Positions 37,223-50,050 of a stretch of 64,000 bases of DNA are shown in pieces. Source of the stretch: Macrostomum lignano (Eukaryota); assembly GCA_002269645.1 (NCBI GenBank), contig NIVC01004114.1, positions 1 to 64,000 of the forward strand. Direction: 5' to 3'. Position 1 is the first letter of the stretch, and each line of letters opens with the position of its first letter. The notes beneath the pieces are model-generated. The model worked only from the letters and a program-made list of their open reading frames with translations, had not been told where the DNA came from and ran no database searches. A program made the position numbers and the translations under genes.

Positions 37223-38390
37223 AGGCCTATAATAATTTACTTATATGTTGGTGTTGGCCTTTATTTTTCTATTATTTAACAAAATAAGCATTGCTACCAT
37301 ATTAAAAAATTAAACTTTAAAAAACTAAAAGAGAAAACTAAATGCCAAATTTTTATCATAAATTATTTAGGCTTATCAAATATCTAACTAAACAGGCCAG
37401 TTAGTCCAGTTATTATTTCCATAGCCGATGTGTAATTTTAATTTAGCATAAAAATAACAACCATGTTTCGCCATGTCACGGACACTTTGTGAGTCTGTAG
37501 TGTAAGGATATTTTAAAGACTAGCTTTTTAAGCAAAACGATGTTTCCAAAAAACGAATAATAACAGTTACTTGTACAAGTAAAACATATTCACGATATTG
37601 CGTTTGTAAGTTTTTTAATGTAGAATATTGAGTTTAACGCAAAGAATCGTTTAGTAAATACGATAAAATAACAAAAGTCTTTTAGTCTACTTTGGTCTAA
37701 AGTTAAAGGCTTAACCCCAAAACGACTCAATTAATGAATGAACAGATAAACATAGAGTCGCATAATTTTATACGAAACAAATGCCACTTAAAAGTTGTAG
37801 TAAAACTCTCAATTAGTACAACAAAATTTATTTTTTAATACAAAGAAAAAAGTTATTTATTAATTATTTTGCAAGATTTTTATACCTATAAATTCATTTC
37901 TTATTGTAAACATGTTAGTTTAATTAAAACTGACGAATAGTTTTGTCGTAAAGTTGTAAATGGTTTGAAATTGAAATAAAACTTTGAGTTAGAATTAATT
38001 GCATTTTGAATGCAACACATAGTGTTTTAATATAGAAAAAAATACCAACTGCCTCTAAATGTAAAATCATTCCTATATGTTGTTCACATTTTGTATTCGT
38101 TTTTAATCAAAACCAAACATCGCTGCACCCGTTAATTTGAAAGTCAATTAAGCTAAAAAGAGTACTGCCGATTGTGATATTCCTGGATTCCCATATGATT
38201 TTACACAGGAACTTATTACGTTATTGTAGTTTAGAGCTTACTAGTCTAGAGTTTAGAGTTTTATCGTAAATTACATATATAAATTCCTATTTGTTTTACT
38301 TCGTTTTTTGCATAAGCTCCTTTTTATTAGTGCGTCATGAGTCCCTTCTAATGCAGTAAGGACGCCATAGTTATTCGAGATTGGAGTGTT

Positions 38391-38756
38391 TTTTAATTAG
38401 AGGCAGGGGGCTTTGTGCACCCTGGCGCACTTTAAGCGACATTGGCACACAACTGGCGAGAGGCATTACTGCCCATTCCGCCGACTCCCCTGAGCAGGCA
38501 CACAAGCGCGCGGATACCTACGCAGTCATACGCACAGGCACGCACTCACACGGGTATTGTACAGCGGACCTAACTTTATTTTATCGTTAGGCATGTACAC
38601 TTCACTGCGCCTTGGAGGGTTGGCTCTCAAGGCCGTTAATTGCACGAGCAGAGCCAAGCCGAGATTCCAATTCAGCCCCAAATGTGACTGCACTTGGAAT
38701 CGAGCCTGGGTCGCTGGCACACCAGAACCTGCGCTAGACCGCTGGGCTACGGCCCC
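38391..38756 (-). mobile_element. tRNA-derived SINE with a perfect 15 bp target-site duplication
   Basis: TSD cgagattggagtgtt at 38376-38390 and 38757-38771; minus-strand head GGGGCCGTAGCCCAGCGG (A box 38739-38749), GGCTCGATTCC (B box 38696-38706); A-rich 3' end. Confidence 0.9.
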
Positions 38757-39259
38757 CGAGATTGGAGTGTTGCATGCACTTGTAAATCCTGTATTTTACA
38801 CTTGTCAATATTTGCGCGTACGTCGGCTGCAAAAGGTGCATGCATTTAGTGTTTCAAAGAAGAAACAATATAAAAGCATTCAAAATATTATATTGTAATA
38901 ACTCGTACAGTATTACTTAATATCTACTTCTACACACTATTGTATTTATCCTTTACAGCAAGACTTCCAGCTAGCAGCTTTAAATCAAACAGAACATAAC
39001 TACTTAAAGTAGAAAGACCTCTACATACGATAAAACGATACCGATTAGGATTGCAAACGCGAGAAACTGTTTACAATTAATTTATCGCTGATTAATAACG
39101 CATTACACGTACAATCCAATACAATAATAGCTTGTAGTTCATTACCTTTTTATATACAAAATCATTCTATTCACCCTTGACTTCGGTGCAATTTGCACTT
39201 GCGGAAAAAAACAGCTGACCCGCAGGCACAATGAAAGACTGGTATTACAATGAAATTAA

Positions 39260-42200
39260 TCAATCAATCCATTCGTCATCAAAGTCGTCAGCTCCAGCGC
39301 CATACTGGCCGGCTCCTTCGCGTCGTAAAAGCTGGACTACATTCGAAGACGGGTCGTCGTCGTAATACTCGTCCTCATCGTCTAGATCTTCAACGATCTG
39401 ACTGTATTCTTGTTGGAATGGCTCAGAAACAGGAGCAGGAACAGGAGCAGCAGAAGACACGACATCAATACTAGCCGACGCCTGTTTCGACAATGTAGAC
39501 GGAGCATCGACATGGTCAATGTCGATTGGCGCGTTGGCAGAAGAAACTGCAGGCGGAGGCGGCGGAGGCAAGTCATCGCCAGCCGGCGGCGGCTTCACCG
39601 CAACCGGACTGGGAAGTGCCGAGTGCTGGTCGGCAGTTGCAGCGGCAGCCTCCTCACCTGGCTGCTGCTTGACCAGAGGCTCAGACAGCAGTTTCAAAGC
39701 TTCGTAGTTGATCTTGGAGGACAGGGAGCGCTTGGATCTGGCGAGGGATTGGGGTGAAGGGAGAGGTACTTTTAATAACTACATGACCAGGGATCTCGCA
39801 AGTAAATTTCTCTACTTGATGCGACACGTGACTAGTTGTTTTGCGATCTACTCACTCTCAAAAAGGCACACGTCTGCGCATGCTTAAATACGCGACCCAC
39901 TAGCTTAAATACCCACTAGCCTAAATACCCACTAGCCTAGATGCCCACTAGCCTAGATGCCCACTTGTCTAAATACCCACTAGTCTAAATACCCACTAGC
40001 CTAAATACCATTTAGTCTAAATTCTTACTAGCCTAAATACCCACTAGCCTAGATGCCCACTAGCCTAGATGCCCACTAGCCTAGATGCCCACTAGCCTAA
40101 ATACCCACTAGCCTAGATGCCCACTAGCCTAGATGCCCACTAGCCTAGATGCCCACTAGCCTAAATACCCACTAGCCTAAATACCCACAAGCCTAAATAC
40201 CCACTAGTCTAAATACCCACTAGTCTAAATACCCACTAGTCTAAATACCCACTAGTCTAAATACCCACTAGTCTAAATACCAATTAGCCTAAATCTAGTC
40301 TAAATACTTACTAGCTTAAATACCCACTAGCGTAAATACCCACTATCATAAATACCGACCAGCCCACGTACCCAGAGGCCAATTCACGCTATCTACACTA
40401 AAAAACCAACCCAAAAACCTGTCAATCGCTCCCCAAACTCAAACCTGATTGCCACTTCAATCGCCTGCTCAGTGGTTTGAATGCCGCTAGCATGGGCTGT
40501 TCGTTTAGTTCGCCGTCTCGGCGCCGACGTAGCGGTGGCGGAGGCGGCGGCCGCCAGCTGAGCGACGTCGTCGTCAACGTCGACGCTGCCCACGCCAGAC
40601 GGGTCGCCTGAAGCGGCGGCGGCTGCGGCAGCGGCGACAGCGGCCAGCTTCGCCCGACGCTTCTCGGTGTCGCGCAGCCAGTCGGCGTTGCGCCGGTACC
40701 AGTCGCGCGCTTTAATCAACACCTCTCGCCGGCTGAGCAGGTACTCCCGCTCCAGCTCCTCGTCGTCGATGCCTTCGAGACTCAACTCGCCGTCGTTGGC
40801 AGCGTCGTCCGTTGGCGCCAAGAACGGCTGAGAATTAAATAAGTGAGCAAAAATGCTCTACAATTAAAGTCTGTGAAAGCAATCAGACAGCTGGTGAACA
40901 CTGAAAGCAACTGGACAAAGTTAGACAGACACCAATGAAGGACATTTGAAGGACATTAGGACGAACCAGACACCAATTAAGGACATTGGAAGCAACCAGG
41001 AAACAATGAAGGACATTTGAAGGACATTAGGACCAACCAGACACCAATTAAGGACATTGGAAGCGACCAGGAAACAATTAAGGACATTTGAAGGACATTA
41101 GGACCAACCAGACACCAATTAAGGACATTGGAAGCAACCAGGAAACAATTAAGGACATTTGAAGGACATTGGAAGAAACCAGACACCAACGAAGGGACAT
41201 TTGTAGAACATTGGAAGTAACCAAACAACAATGAAGGACATTTGAAGAACATTGGAAGAAACCAGACACCAATGAAGGATATTTGAAGGACATTGGAAGA
41301 AACCAGACACCAATGAAGGACATTTGAAGAACATTGGAAGAAACCAGACACCAATGAAGGATATTTGAAGGACATTGGAAGAAACCAGACACCAATGAAG
41401 GACATTGAAGAACATTGGAAGAAACCAGACACCAATGAAGGACATTTGAAGAACATTGGAAGAAACCAGACACCAATGAAGGATATTTGAAGGACATTGG
41501 AATCAACCGGACACCTACAAAGGATATGGGAATCAATCAGACACCAATGAAGGACATTGGAAGGAACCAGACACCAATAAGGACATTTGAAGGACATTGG
41601 AAGCAACCGCAACAGTCTCAAAGACCTCGAAGTGTTCCAGTTTGAGACCTTGAAATGGACCAGGTTCCATTGCAGGAAGTTAAAAGCTATCAAAAACACG
41701 ATATGACTTCGAAAGACTGGAGCCAGTATCTAAAAGTGGCAACAATTTTTCCAAATCAAAGAGCCAATACCTTCGTTTCTATGGAAGTGTAACACTCAGA
41801 TTTTGTTATAATGCCAGGCGCCTGAGCTAGCGAACTCAATGCCGGCTTCATGTCGATACCAACGGCAGCCATCATATGGTCGACGCCGTGACCAGCAGAT
41901 CTAGTCAAAGAACTCGACGAAGTCTGAGGCTGCTGTTGCTCCTGTTGCTGCTGAGACGATGGTCCAGCGCCGACAGCCTGATGAAGATCGTCGACGCAGC
42001 ATTCCAGCTCTTCGGCATCGACAACGCCTTCCAGGGCGTCTTTCAGAACGTGCCGGGCGCTCAGATTCACTTCGGCATCGTCGCAGTTCAACAGAAACTG
42101 AGCGGCAGCGTCGGGCTTTACGTCTGGCTTTTCTGCGGCCGCCGGCTCTGCCGGTGTCGATGGCTGCTGGCCAGCCGCTGCTGAAGAGGTCGACGCCGCG

Positions 42201-45200
42201 GTGCCGGTCCCAGCGACTACGAATAGACCCGAGACGATGCCGCGAACTCGGCGCTCCTGTGGTGCGGTGGAGTGAATCTTGGATTTTATCTGCATAGCTT
42301 GAGTAGCTGGTAGGCTGTCCAGCAACTGAGGATCTGGGAGGCTGGCCCAGCAACTGAGGATCTGGGAGGCTGGCCCAGCAACTGATGATCTGGGAGGCTG
42401 CCCCAGCAACTGAGGATCTAAGAGGCTGCCCCAGCAACTGAGGATCTGGGAGGCTGGCCCAGCAACTGAGGATCTGGGAGGCTGGCCCAGCAACTGAGGA
42501 TCTAAGAGGCTGCCCCAGCAACTGAGGATCTGGGAGGCTGGCCCAGCAACTGAGGATCTGAAAGGCTGGCCCAGCAACTGAGGATCTGGGAGGCTGGCCC
42601 AGCAACTGAGGATCTGAGAGGCTGGCCCAGCAACTGAGGATCTTGGAGGCTGGCCCAGCAACTGAGGATCTGGGAGGCTAGCCCAGCAACTGATGATCTG
42701 GGAGGCTGGCCCAGCAACTGAGGATTTGAGAGGCTGGCCCAGCAACTGAGGATCTGAGAGGCTGGCCCAGCAACTGAGGATCTGAGAGGCTGGCCTAGCA
42801 ACTGAGGATCTGGGAGGCGGCCCAGCAACTGAGGATCTTGGAGGCTGGCCCAGCAACTGAGGATCTGGGAGGCTGGCCCAGCAACTGAGGATCTGGGAGG
42901 CTGGCCCAGCAACTGAGGATCTGGGAGGCTGGCTACTCTTACCTGCAGCTTTTCCATCTCCCTATCGATGAGGGCCTCCAGTTCGCCGACCTCCTTGCAC
43001 ATCCGGTCCATATCGGTCTCATCTCGGTCGGTGGTGGCCCGCTTGAGGCCCTCCAAGAAGGCGGGCGGATCGTGCTCCCCTTCATAGTCAACGCTTAGAA
43101 ACTCCTCGATAGTGAGGGTGGAGCTGGGCGTTTTGGCGAACTCCTGCAGCCGCTTGCGCGCCGTCTGCTCGCTGATCTTGGCGATTCTGTGGCGGGTTTG
43201 GGCGGCTTTGGAATTGACCAAATATCCCAATAGGGGATCTTGAGCACAGTGTCAGGCACAAGTATCCCAATAGTCGATCTTTAAAACAGTGTCAGATACA
43301 AATATCACAATGGGGGATAATTGGGGATCTTGAGTACAGTGTCAGACACAGACACAAATATCCCAATAGGGGATCTTAAGTACAGTGTCAGACACACAAA
43401 TATCCCAATAAGGGGATCTTGAACACTGTCAGATACAAATATCCCAATAGATGATCTTGAGCACAGTGTCAGATACACAAATATCCCAATAGGGGATCTT
43501 AAGTACAGTGTCAGACACACAAATATCCCAATAGGGGATCTTAAGTACAGTGTCAGACACACAAATATCCCAATAGGGGATCATGAGCACAGTGTCAGAC
43601 ACAAATATCCCAATAGGGGATCTTGAGCACAGTGTCAGACACAAATATCCCAATAGGGGATCTTGAGCACAGTGTCAGGTACAAACATCCCAATAGGGGA
43701 TCTTGAGCACAGTGTCAGACACAAATATCCCAATAGGGGATCTTGAGCACAGTGTCAGGTACAAACATCCCAATAGGGGATCTTGAGCACAGTGTCAGAC
43801 ACAAATATCCCAATAGGGGATCTTGAGCACAGTGTCAGGTACAAACATCCCAATAGGGGATCTTGAGCACAGTGTCAGACACAAATATCCCAATAGGGGA
43901 TCTTGAGCACAGTGTCAGACACAAATATCCCAATAAGGGGATCTTGAACACTGTCAGATACAAATATCCTAATAGGGGATCTTGAGCACAGTGTCAGACA
44001 CAAATATCAGAATTGGGGTAATTGGGGGTCTTGAGGACAGTGTCAGGTACAAATATCCCAATGGGGGATAATCGGGGATTTTGAGCTCTGTGTCAGTTAC
44101 AAATATCCCAATGGGGCAATAAAACAAAATTTAGAGATAAAATCACAACCTGGCTACATCTTCAACAGTTCGATTATAGTTATGCAACCGCCCGGCAACC
44201 AGCAGGGCCGATGCGGCCAGGCCAGCCGGCCGCCTGCCCACCGCAATCCAGTCCTTCTTCATCCGCTGCAGCAGTCGCATTGCGGTGGTTTCCACCTCTC
44301 TGGACTTGTCGCCGAACTCCAATTTCTGAGCGAATCGTTGAATATAGAGGCACGGATCCAGAGCTGGGATGTTGATGCACAGGCGCTTGGCTATCTCAGT
44401 GTAGCTTCGGCCCAGAACGTACACATTTACCTGGAGTAGGAGCGGTGTGCAAAAAAACAGCTGGTAGTTGACCTTTAGCAGGCAACAAAGACTTTAGGGG
44501 ATTGGCTATTCTAGCAAACACTACAAAGACCCGGGAAATGAGAATGATTATCTACCCGCTATAAAGACCTGAGGAAAAACTGACTTACAAAGACTTAAGC
44601 CAAGGTGATTTACAAATGGCCAGGTAACAATGACGCAGTGACTTAAACGCTACAAAGACCTCAAAAGCAGTGACCTAAATTCTACAAAGACACAAGAAGC
44701 AGTGACCAAAATGCTACTAAGACCAAAGAAGCAGTGACCTAAATGCCACAAAGACCCAAGAAGCAGTGACCTAATGGTACAAAGACCCAAAAAGCATTGA
44801 CCTAAATGCTACAAAGACCCGAGAAGCAGTGACCAAAATGCTACATAGACCCAAGAAGCAGTGACCTGAATACTACACAAGAATCGAGAAGCAGTGACCA
44901 AAATGCTACAAAGACCTAAGAAGCAGTGACCGAAATGCTACAAAGACCCAAGAAGCAGTGACCAAAATGCTACAAAGACCCAAGAAGCAGTGACCAAAAT
45001 GCTACAAAGACCTAAGAAGCAGTGACCAAAATGCTACAAAGACCCGAGAAGCAGTGACCAAAATGCTACAAAGACCCGAGAAGCAGTGACCAAAATGCTA
45101 CAAAGACCCAAGAAGCAGTGACCAAAATGCTACAAAGACCAAAGAAGCAGTGACCAAAATGCTACAAAGACCCGAGAAGCAGTGACCAAAATGCTACAAA

Positions 45201-47474
45201 GACCTAAGAAGCAGTGACCAAAATGCTACAAAGACCCAAGAAGCAGTGACCAAAATGCTACAAAGACCAAGAAGCAGTGACCAAAATGCTACAAAGACCC
45301 AAGAAGCAGTGACCAAAATGCTACAAAGACCCAAGAAGCAGTGACCAAAATGCTACAAAGACCCAAGAAGCAGTGACCAAAATGCTACTAAGACCAAAGA
45401 AGCAGTGACCTAAATGCTACAAAGACCCAAGAAGCAGTGACCAAAATGCTACTAAGACCAAAGAAGCAGTGACCTAAATGCTACAAAGACCCGAGAAGCA
45501 GTGACCTAAATGCTACAAAGACCCGAGAAGCAGTGACCAAAATGCTACAAAGACCCGAGAAGCAGTGACCAAAATGCTACAAAGACCCAAGAAGCAGTGA
45601 CCAAAATGCTACAAAGACCCAAGAAGCAGTGACCAAAATGCTACAAAGACCCAAGAAGCAGTGACCTAAATTCTACAAAGACTTGAAAAGCAGTGACCTT
45701 AATGCTGCAAAGACCCAAGAAGCAGTGACCAAAATGCTACAAAGACCCAAGAAGCAGTGACCAAAATGCTACAAAGACCCAAGAAGCAGTGACCTAAATT
45801 CTACAAAGACTTGAAAAGCAGTGACCTTAATGCTACAAAGACCCGAGAAGCAGTGACCAAAATGCTACAAAGACCCAAGAAGCAGTGACCAAAATGCTAC
45901 AAAGACCCAAGAAGCAGTGACCACCAAAATGCTACAAAGACCCAAGAAGCAGTGACTTAACTGCTACAAGGACCCGAGAAACAGTGACTTGAATGCAACA
46001 AAGACCCAGCTTGAATGCAACAAGGACTCAATGCTCACTAAATCAAGCAACTAAAAAACACGCAAAAAGTAAAATTGGCCACACAAACCTGCAGCAGGTC
46101 GCTCAAATCCAGCAGCATATGATGCGTGCCCTCAGTCCGGCAGACAATATACAAGCAAGCGGCAATAACGTAATTCACCTTCCGGCCTCGAGTCCAGCCG
46201 CGGTTCAATATAGTCCGATAGAAATTATAGGCCATGTCAATCTGGTGCTGCGTCAGGCGCAGCTGGCCGCCAACTTGTTGGAGTCGGCGGCGCGCATTGT
46301 TCAGCGTGAGCTGTCGCGACTCGCGCTGGAAGCCCAGCTTACTGGCCAGGCTGGCGCTGCCCGGCAGGAAACCGGACGAGTCATTGGCCATGAACTGTCC
46401 GATCACCTGGGTGGGAGTTGGGATATTTTTGAGAAGGGCAGGAAGGGCAGTCAAGGCCACACAACAGCAATTTCCTCTGATGTACTTTTATAGATTTTTT
46501 TACATCTGACTCTTTTAACTATTCTATAGTACTTCATGTCTTTTTTTATCCTACTCAACATCTACTCTCCTATCTACCCTCCTTTCTACTCCAACATCTA
46601 CTCCCATATCTACCCTCCTTTCTACTCCAACATCTACTCCCATATCTACCCTCCTTTCTACTCCAACATCTACTCCCATATCTACCCTCCTTTCTACTCC
46701 AACATCTACTCCCATATCTACCTCCTTTCTACTCCAACATCTACTCCCATATCTACCCTCCTTTCTACTCCAACATCTACTCCCATATCTACCCTCCTTT
46801 CTACTCCAACATCTACTCCCATATCTACCCTCCTTTCTACTCCAACATCTACTCCCACATCTATCCTCCTTTCTACTCCAACATCTACTCTTCTTCTTAT
46901 CTAATAGTTACTCTCCGTTCTACTCCAATATCTACTCTCTTGTCTACACGAACATCTACTCTTCATCTTACTCTAATATTTACTCTCCTTTCTACTCGAA
47001 CATCTAATCTTTATCTTACTCTAATATTTACTCTCCTTTCTACTCGAACATCTAATCTTCATCTTACTCTAATATTTACTCTCCTTTCTACTCGAACATC
47101 TAATCTTCATCTTACTCTAATATTTACTCTCCTTTCTACTCCAACATCTACTCTTCTGTCCACTCCAACATCTACTCTCTTGTCTACTCGAACATCTACT
47201 CTCATATCTATTTTCCTTTCTACTCGAACATCTACTCTCCTGTCTGACTTCCTATCGACCCTCCAATCCACTAGCAGGACTAACAAGCAAGCACACAACC
47301 AACCTGAGCACTGCCTGCGGCGCTGTCCTGAAACTCCACCTCGTTAACAATCATACCCTCCTCGAGCACAGCGCCGCAGTTCATGCAGACTGTGTCGCCT
47401 CGTCTTCGATCTTCGTTGATCTCCGAGCTGCCGCAGTGACGACAGTTGAGTTTCGAGGACGGTTTCGAATCCAT
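39260..47474 (-). CDS. BRF1: Transcription factor IIIB 90 kDa subunit (BRF1); 7 exons, ~797 aa
   Basis: Exons 47304-47474, 46089-46406, 44150-44430, 42943-43186, 41771-42289, 40445-40827, 39737 down to 39260; phases are consistent (the exon 5 donor is least certain). Zinc ribbon CRHCGS...CMNCG, cyclin folds ([40 protein letters not shown]), LEGIDDEEL and SSKINYEAL. Confidence 0.95.
39900..40360. repeat. Minisatellite, 16 bp unit (actagcctaaataccc), BRF1 intron 6
   Basis: Tandem copies. Confidence 0.95.
40930..41620. repeat. Minisatellite, ~41 bp unit (gaaggacattggaagaaaccagacaccaatgaaggacattt), BRF1 intron 5
   Basis: Tandem copies. Confidence 0.95.
42320..42932. repeat. Minisatellite, 29 bp unit (cagcaactgaggatctgggaggctggccc), BRF1 intron 4
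   Basis: Fills nearly the whole intron; same unit as 18580-18960. Confidence 0.97.
43220..44120. repeat. Minisatellite, ~40 bp unit (aaatatcccaataggggatcttgagcacagtgtcagacac), BRF1 intron 3
   Basis: Tandem copies. Confidence 0.96.
44630..46030. repeat. Minisatellite, 32 bp unit (gacccaagaagcagtgaccaaaatgctacaaa), BRF1 intron 2
   Basis: About 40 tandem copies. Confidence 0.97.
46550..47260. repeat. CT-rich minisatellite, ~36 bp unit (ctccaacatctactcccatatctaccctcctttcta), BRF1 intron 1
   Basis: Tandem copies, drifting in sequence. Confidence 0.93.
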
Positions 47475-47659
47475 GGCGGAATGCTTTAATTTATTGAAGC
47501 GAAGTTTTGGGGATTACAAAAACGAAATAGGGGATAATGCTTTTTCGGATGCCGACGGCAATAGCGGGAAGGGGTGCTTCCTCGCCGATGAGACTGAGAG
47601 AAAAGTGAGTTCAGGCAATCTGAAAGGATAAAACAATGATTGCTTGCTAGTTCGGTAGT

Positions 47660-48860
47660 TTATGGGTGATTCCCTGGGGAAGTTCAGGGGTGATTCTCTG
47701 GGGTAGTTTATGGGTGATTCTCTGGGGTAGTTTAGGGTTGATTCTCTAGGGTAGTTTAGGGTTGATTCTCTAGGGTAGTTTAGGGTTGATTCTCTGGGGT
47801 AGTTTAGGGTGATTCTCTGGGGTAGTTTAGGGTGATTCTTTGGGGTAGTTTAGGGTTGATTCTCTGGGGTAGTTTAGGGTGATTCTCTGGGGTAGTTTAG
47901 GGTTGATTCTCTGGGGTAGTTTAGGGTTGATTCTCTGGGGTAGTTTAGGGTGATTCTCTGGGGTAGTTTAGGGTGATTCTCTGGGGTAGTTTAGGGTGAT
48001 TCTCTGGGGTAGTTTAGGGTGATTCTCTGGGGTAGTTTAGGGTGATTCTCTGGGGTAGTTTAGGGGTGTCTTTCTGAAGTAGTTTAGGGGTGTCTATCTG
48101 GGGTAGTTTAGGGGTGTCTATCTGAGGTAGTTTAGGGGTGTCTATCTGGGGTAGTTTAGGGGTGTCTATCTGAGGTAGTTTAGGGGTGTCTATCTGGGGT
48201 AGTTTAGGGGTGTCTATCTGAGTTAGTTTAGGGGTGTCTATCTGGGGTAGTTTAGGGGTGTCTATCTGGGGTAGTTTAGGGGTGTCTATCTGGGGTAGTT
48301 TAGGGGTATCTATCTGGGGTAGTTTAGGGGTATCTATCTGGGGTAGTTTAGGGGTATCTATCTGGGGTAGTTTAGGGGTATCTATCTGGGGTAGTTTAGG
48401 GGTATCTATCTGGGGTAGTTTAGGGGTATCTATCTGGGGTAGTTTAGGGGTGTCTATCTGGGGTAGTTTAGGGGTATCTATCTGGGGTAGTTTAGGGGTG
48501 TCTATCTGGGGTAGTTTAGGGGTATCTATCTGGGGTAGTTTAGGGGTGTCTATCTGGGGTAGTTTAGGGGTGTCTATCTGAGTTAGTTTAGGGGTGTCTA
48601 TCTGGGGTAGTTTAGGGGTGTCTATCTGAGTTAGTTTAGGGGTGTCTATCTGGGGTAGTTTAGGGGTGTCTATCTGGGGTAGTTTAGGGGTGTCTATCTG
48701 GGGTAGTTTAGGGGTGTCTATCTGGGGTAGTTTAGGGGTGTCTATCTGGAGTAGTTTAGGGGTGTCTATCTGAGTTAGTTTAGGGGTGTCTTTCTGGGGT
48801 AGTTTAGGGGTGTCTATCTGGGGTAGTTTAGGGGTGTCTATCTGGGGTAGTTTAGGATGA
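47660..48860. repeat. G-run minisatellite, 22-24 bp units (ggggtagtttagggtgattctct, then ggggtagtttaggggtgtctatct), upstream of the BRF1 ATG
   Basis: Abrupt switch of unit variant at ~48060. Confidence 0.97.
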
Positions 48861-49269
48861 TACTGTGCAAGCTTATGGGCGACTTTTTGGATAGTTAAAG
48901 AATCCAACAATGCTTATTTCTGTGTATGAAATGAAAAGAAAAAATAAAAAGGCGTTAGCTTTAAAATCAAAATACTGTTCGCTGCAGACGTAAAGCCGGT
49001 TTGTATTAAATAAGCATTTCCTACTACAGTTCGCAGTGATGATTTGTTAGTAATATTTCATTTTAAAAATAGTTAACAAAGAATAACAAATATAGTTAAT
49101 CTCAGCATGGCAAACATAGACTGTCTACAATTTCTAAGCTTATAGGTGAAACATTTTATTCGTTATTTTGTGTATGGCCAAAACTGCTAAATCTAACAGT
49201 TAAAAAGCTGTTATTATTTTTCTTATAGTTTTATAGGAGGGTATATTTTTTTAGTTTTAAATGCCCGCA

Positions 49270-50030
49270 GCCCACGAGGATCAGCCTGAGCGAGGATCAG
49301 ACTGAGCAAGGATCAGACTGAGCAAGGATCAGACTGAGCAAGGATCAGCCTGAGCAAGGATCAGACTGAGCAAGGATCAGACTGAGCAAGGATCAGACTG
49401 AGCAAGGATCAGACTGAGCAAGGATCAGCCTGAGCAAGGATCAGACTGAGCAAGGATCAGACTGAGCAAGGATCAGACTGAGCAAGGATCAGACTGAGCA
49501 AGGATCAGCCTGAGCAAGGATCAGACTGAGCAAGGATCAGACTGAGCAAGGATCAGCCTGAGCAAGGATCAGCCTGAGCAAGGATCAGACTGAGCAAGGA
49601 TCAGCCTGAGCAAGGATCAGACTGAGCAAGGATCAGACTGAGCAAGGATCAGCCTGAGCAAGGATCAGACTGAGCAAGGATCAGACTGAGCGAGGATCAA
49701 CCTGAGCAAGGATCAGACTAAGCAAGGATCAGCCTGAGCAAGGATCAGCCTGAGCAAGGATCAGCCTGAGCAAGGATCAGACTAAGCAAGGATCAGCCTG
49801 AGCAAGGATCAGACTGAGCGAGGATCAGCCTGAGCGAGGATCAGCCTGAGCAAGGATCAGCCTGAGCAAGGATCAGCCTGAGCAAGGATCAGCCTGAGCA
49901 AGGATCAGCCTGAGCGAGGATCAGCCTGAGCAAGGATCAGCCTGAGCAAGGATCAGCCTGAGCAAGGATCAGCCTGAGCAAGGACCAGCCTGAGCGAGGA
50001 TCAGCCTGAGCAAGGATCAGTCTAATGCAG
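49270..50030. repeat. Minisatellite, 16 bp unit (ctgagcaaggatcaga), directly 3' of the CCDC51 stop
   Basis: About 47 tandem copies. Confidence 0.97.
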
Positions 50031-50050
50031 CATCAACATAGCAAAGCAAA

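Noticed and set aside
38690-38756. tRNA gene
   Set aside because: No complete cloverleaf; flanked by a TSD and followed by a SINE body
47660-48860. Telomeric repeat (TTAGGG/TTTAGGG words)
   Set aside because: The words are embedded in 22-24 bp units rather than forming a pure hexamer tract
48014-48910. 298-aa ORF of PKLPQIDT repeats (also 9146-9649, 392-778, 40977-41699 and similar)
   Set aside because: Translations of minisatellites whose unit is a multiple of 3; no unique coding flanks or splice context
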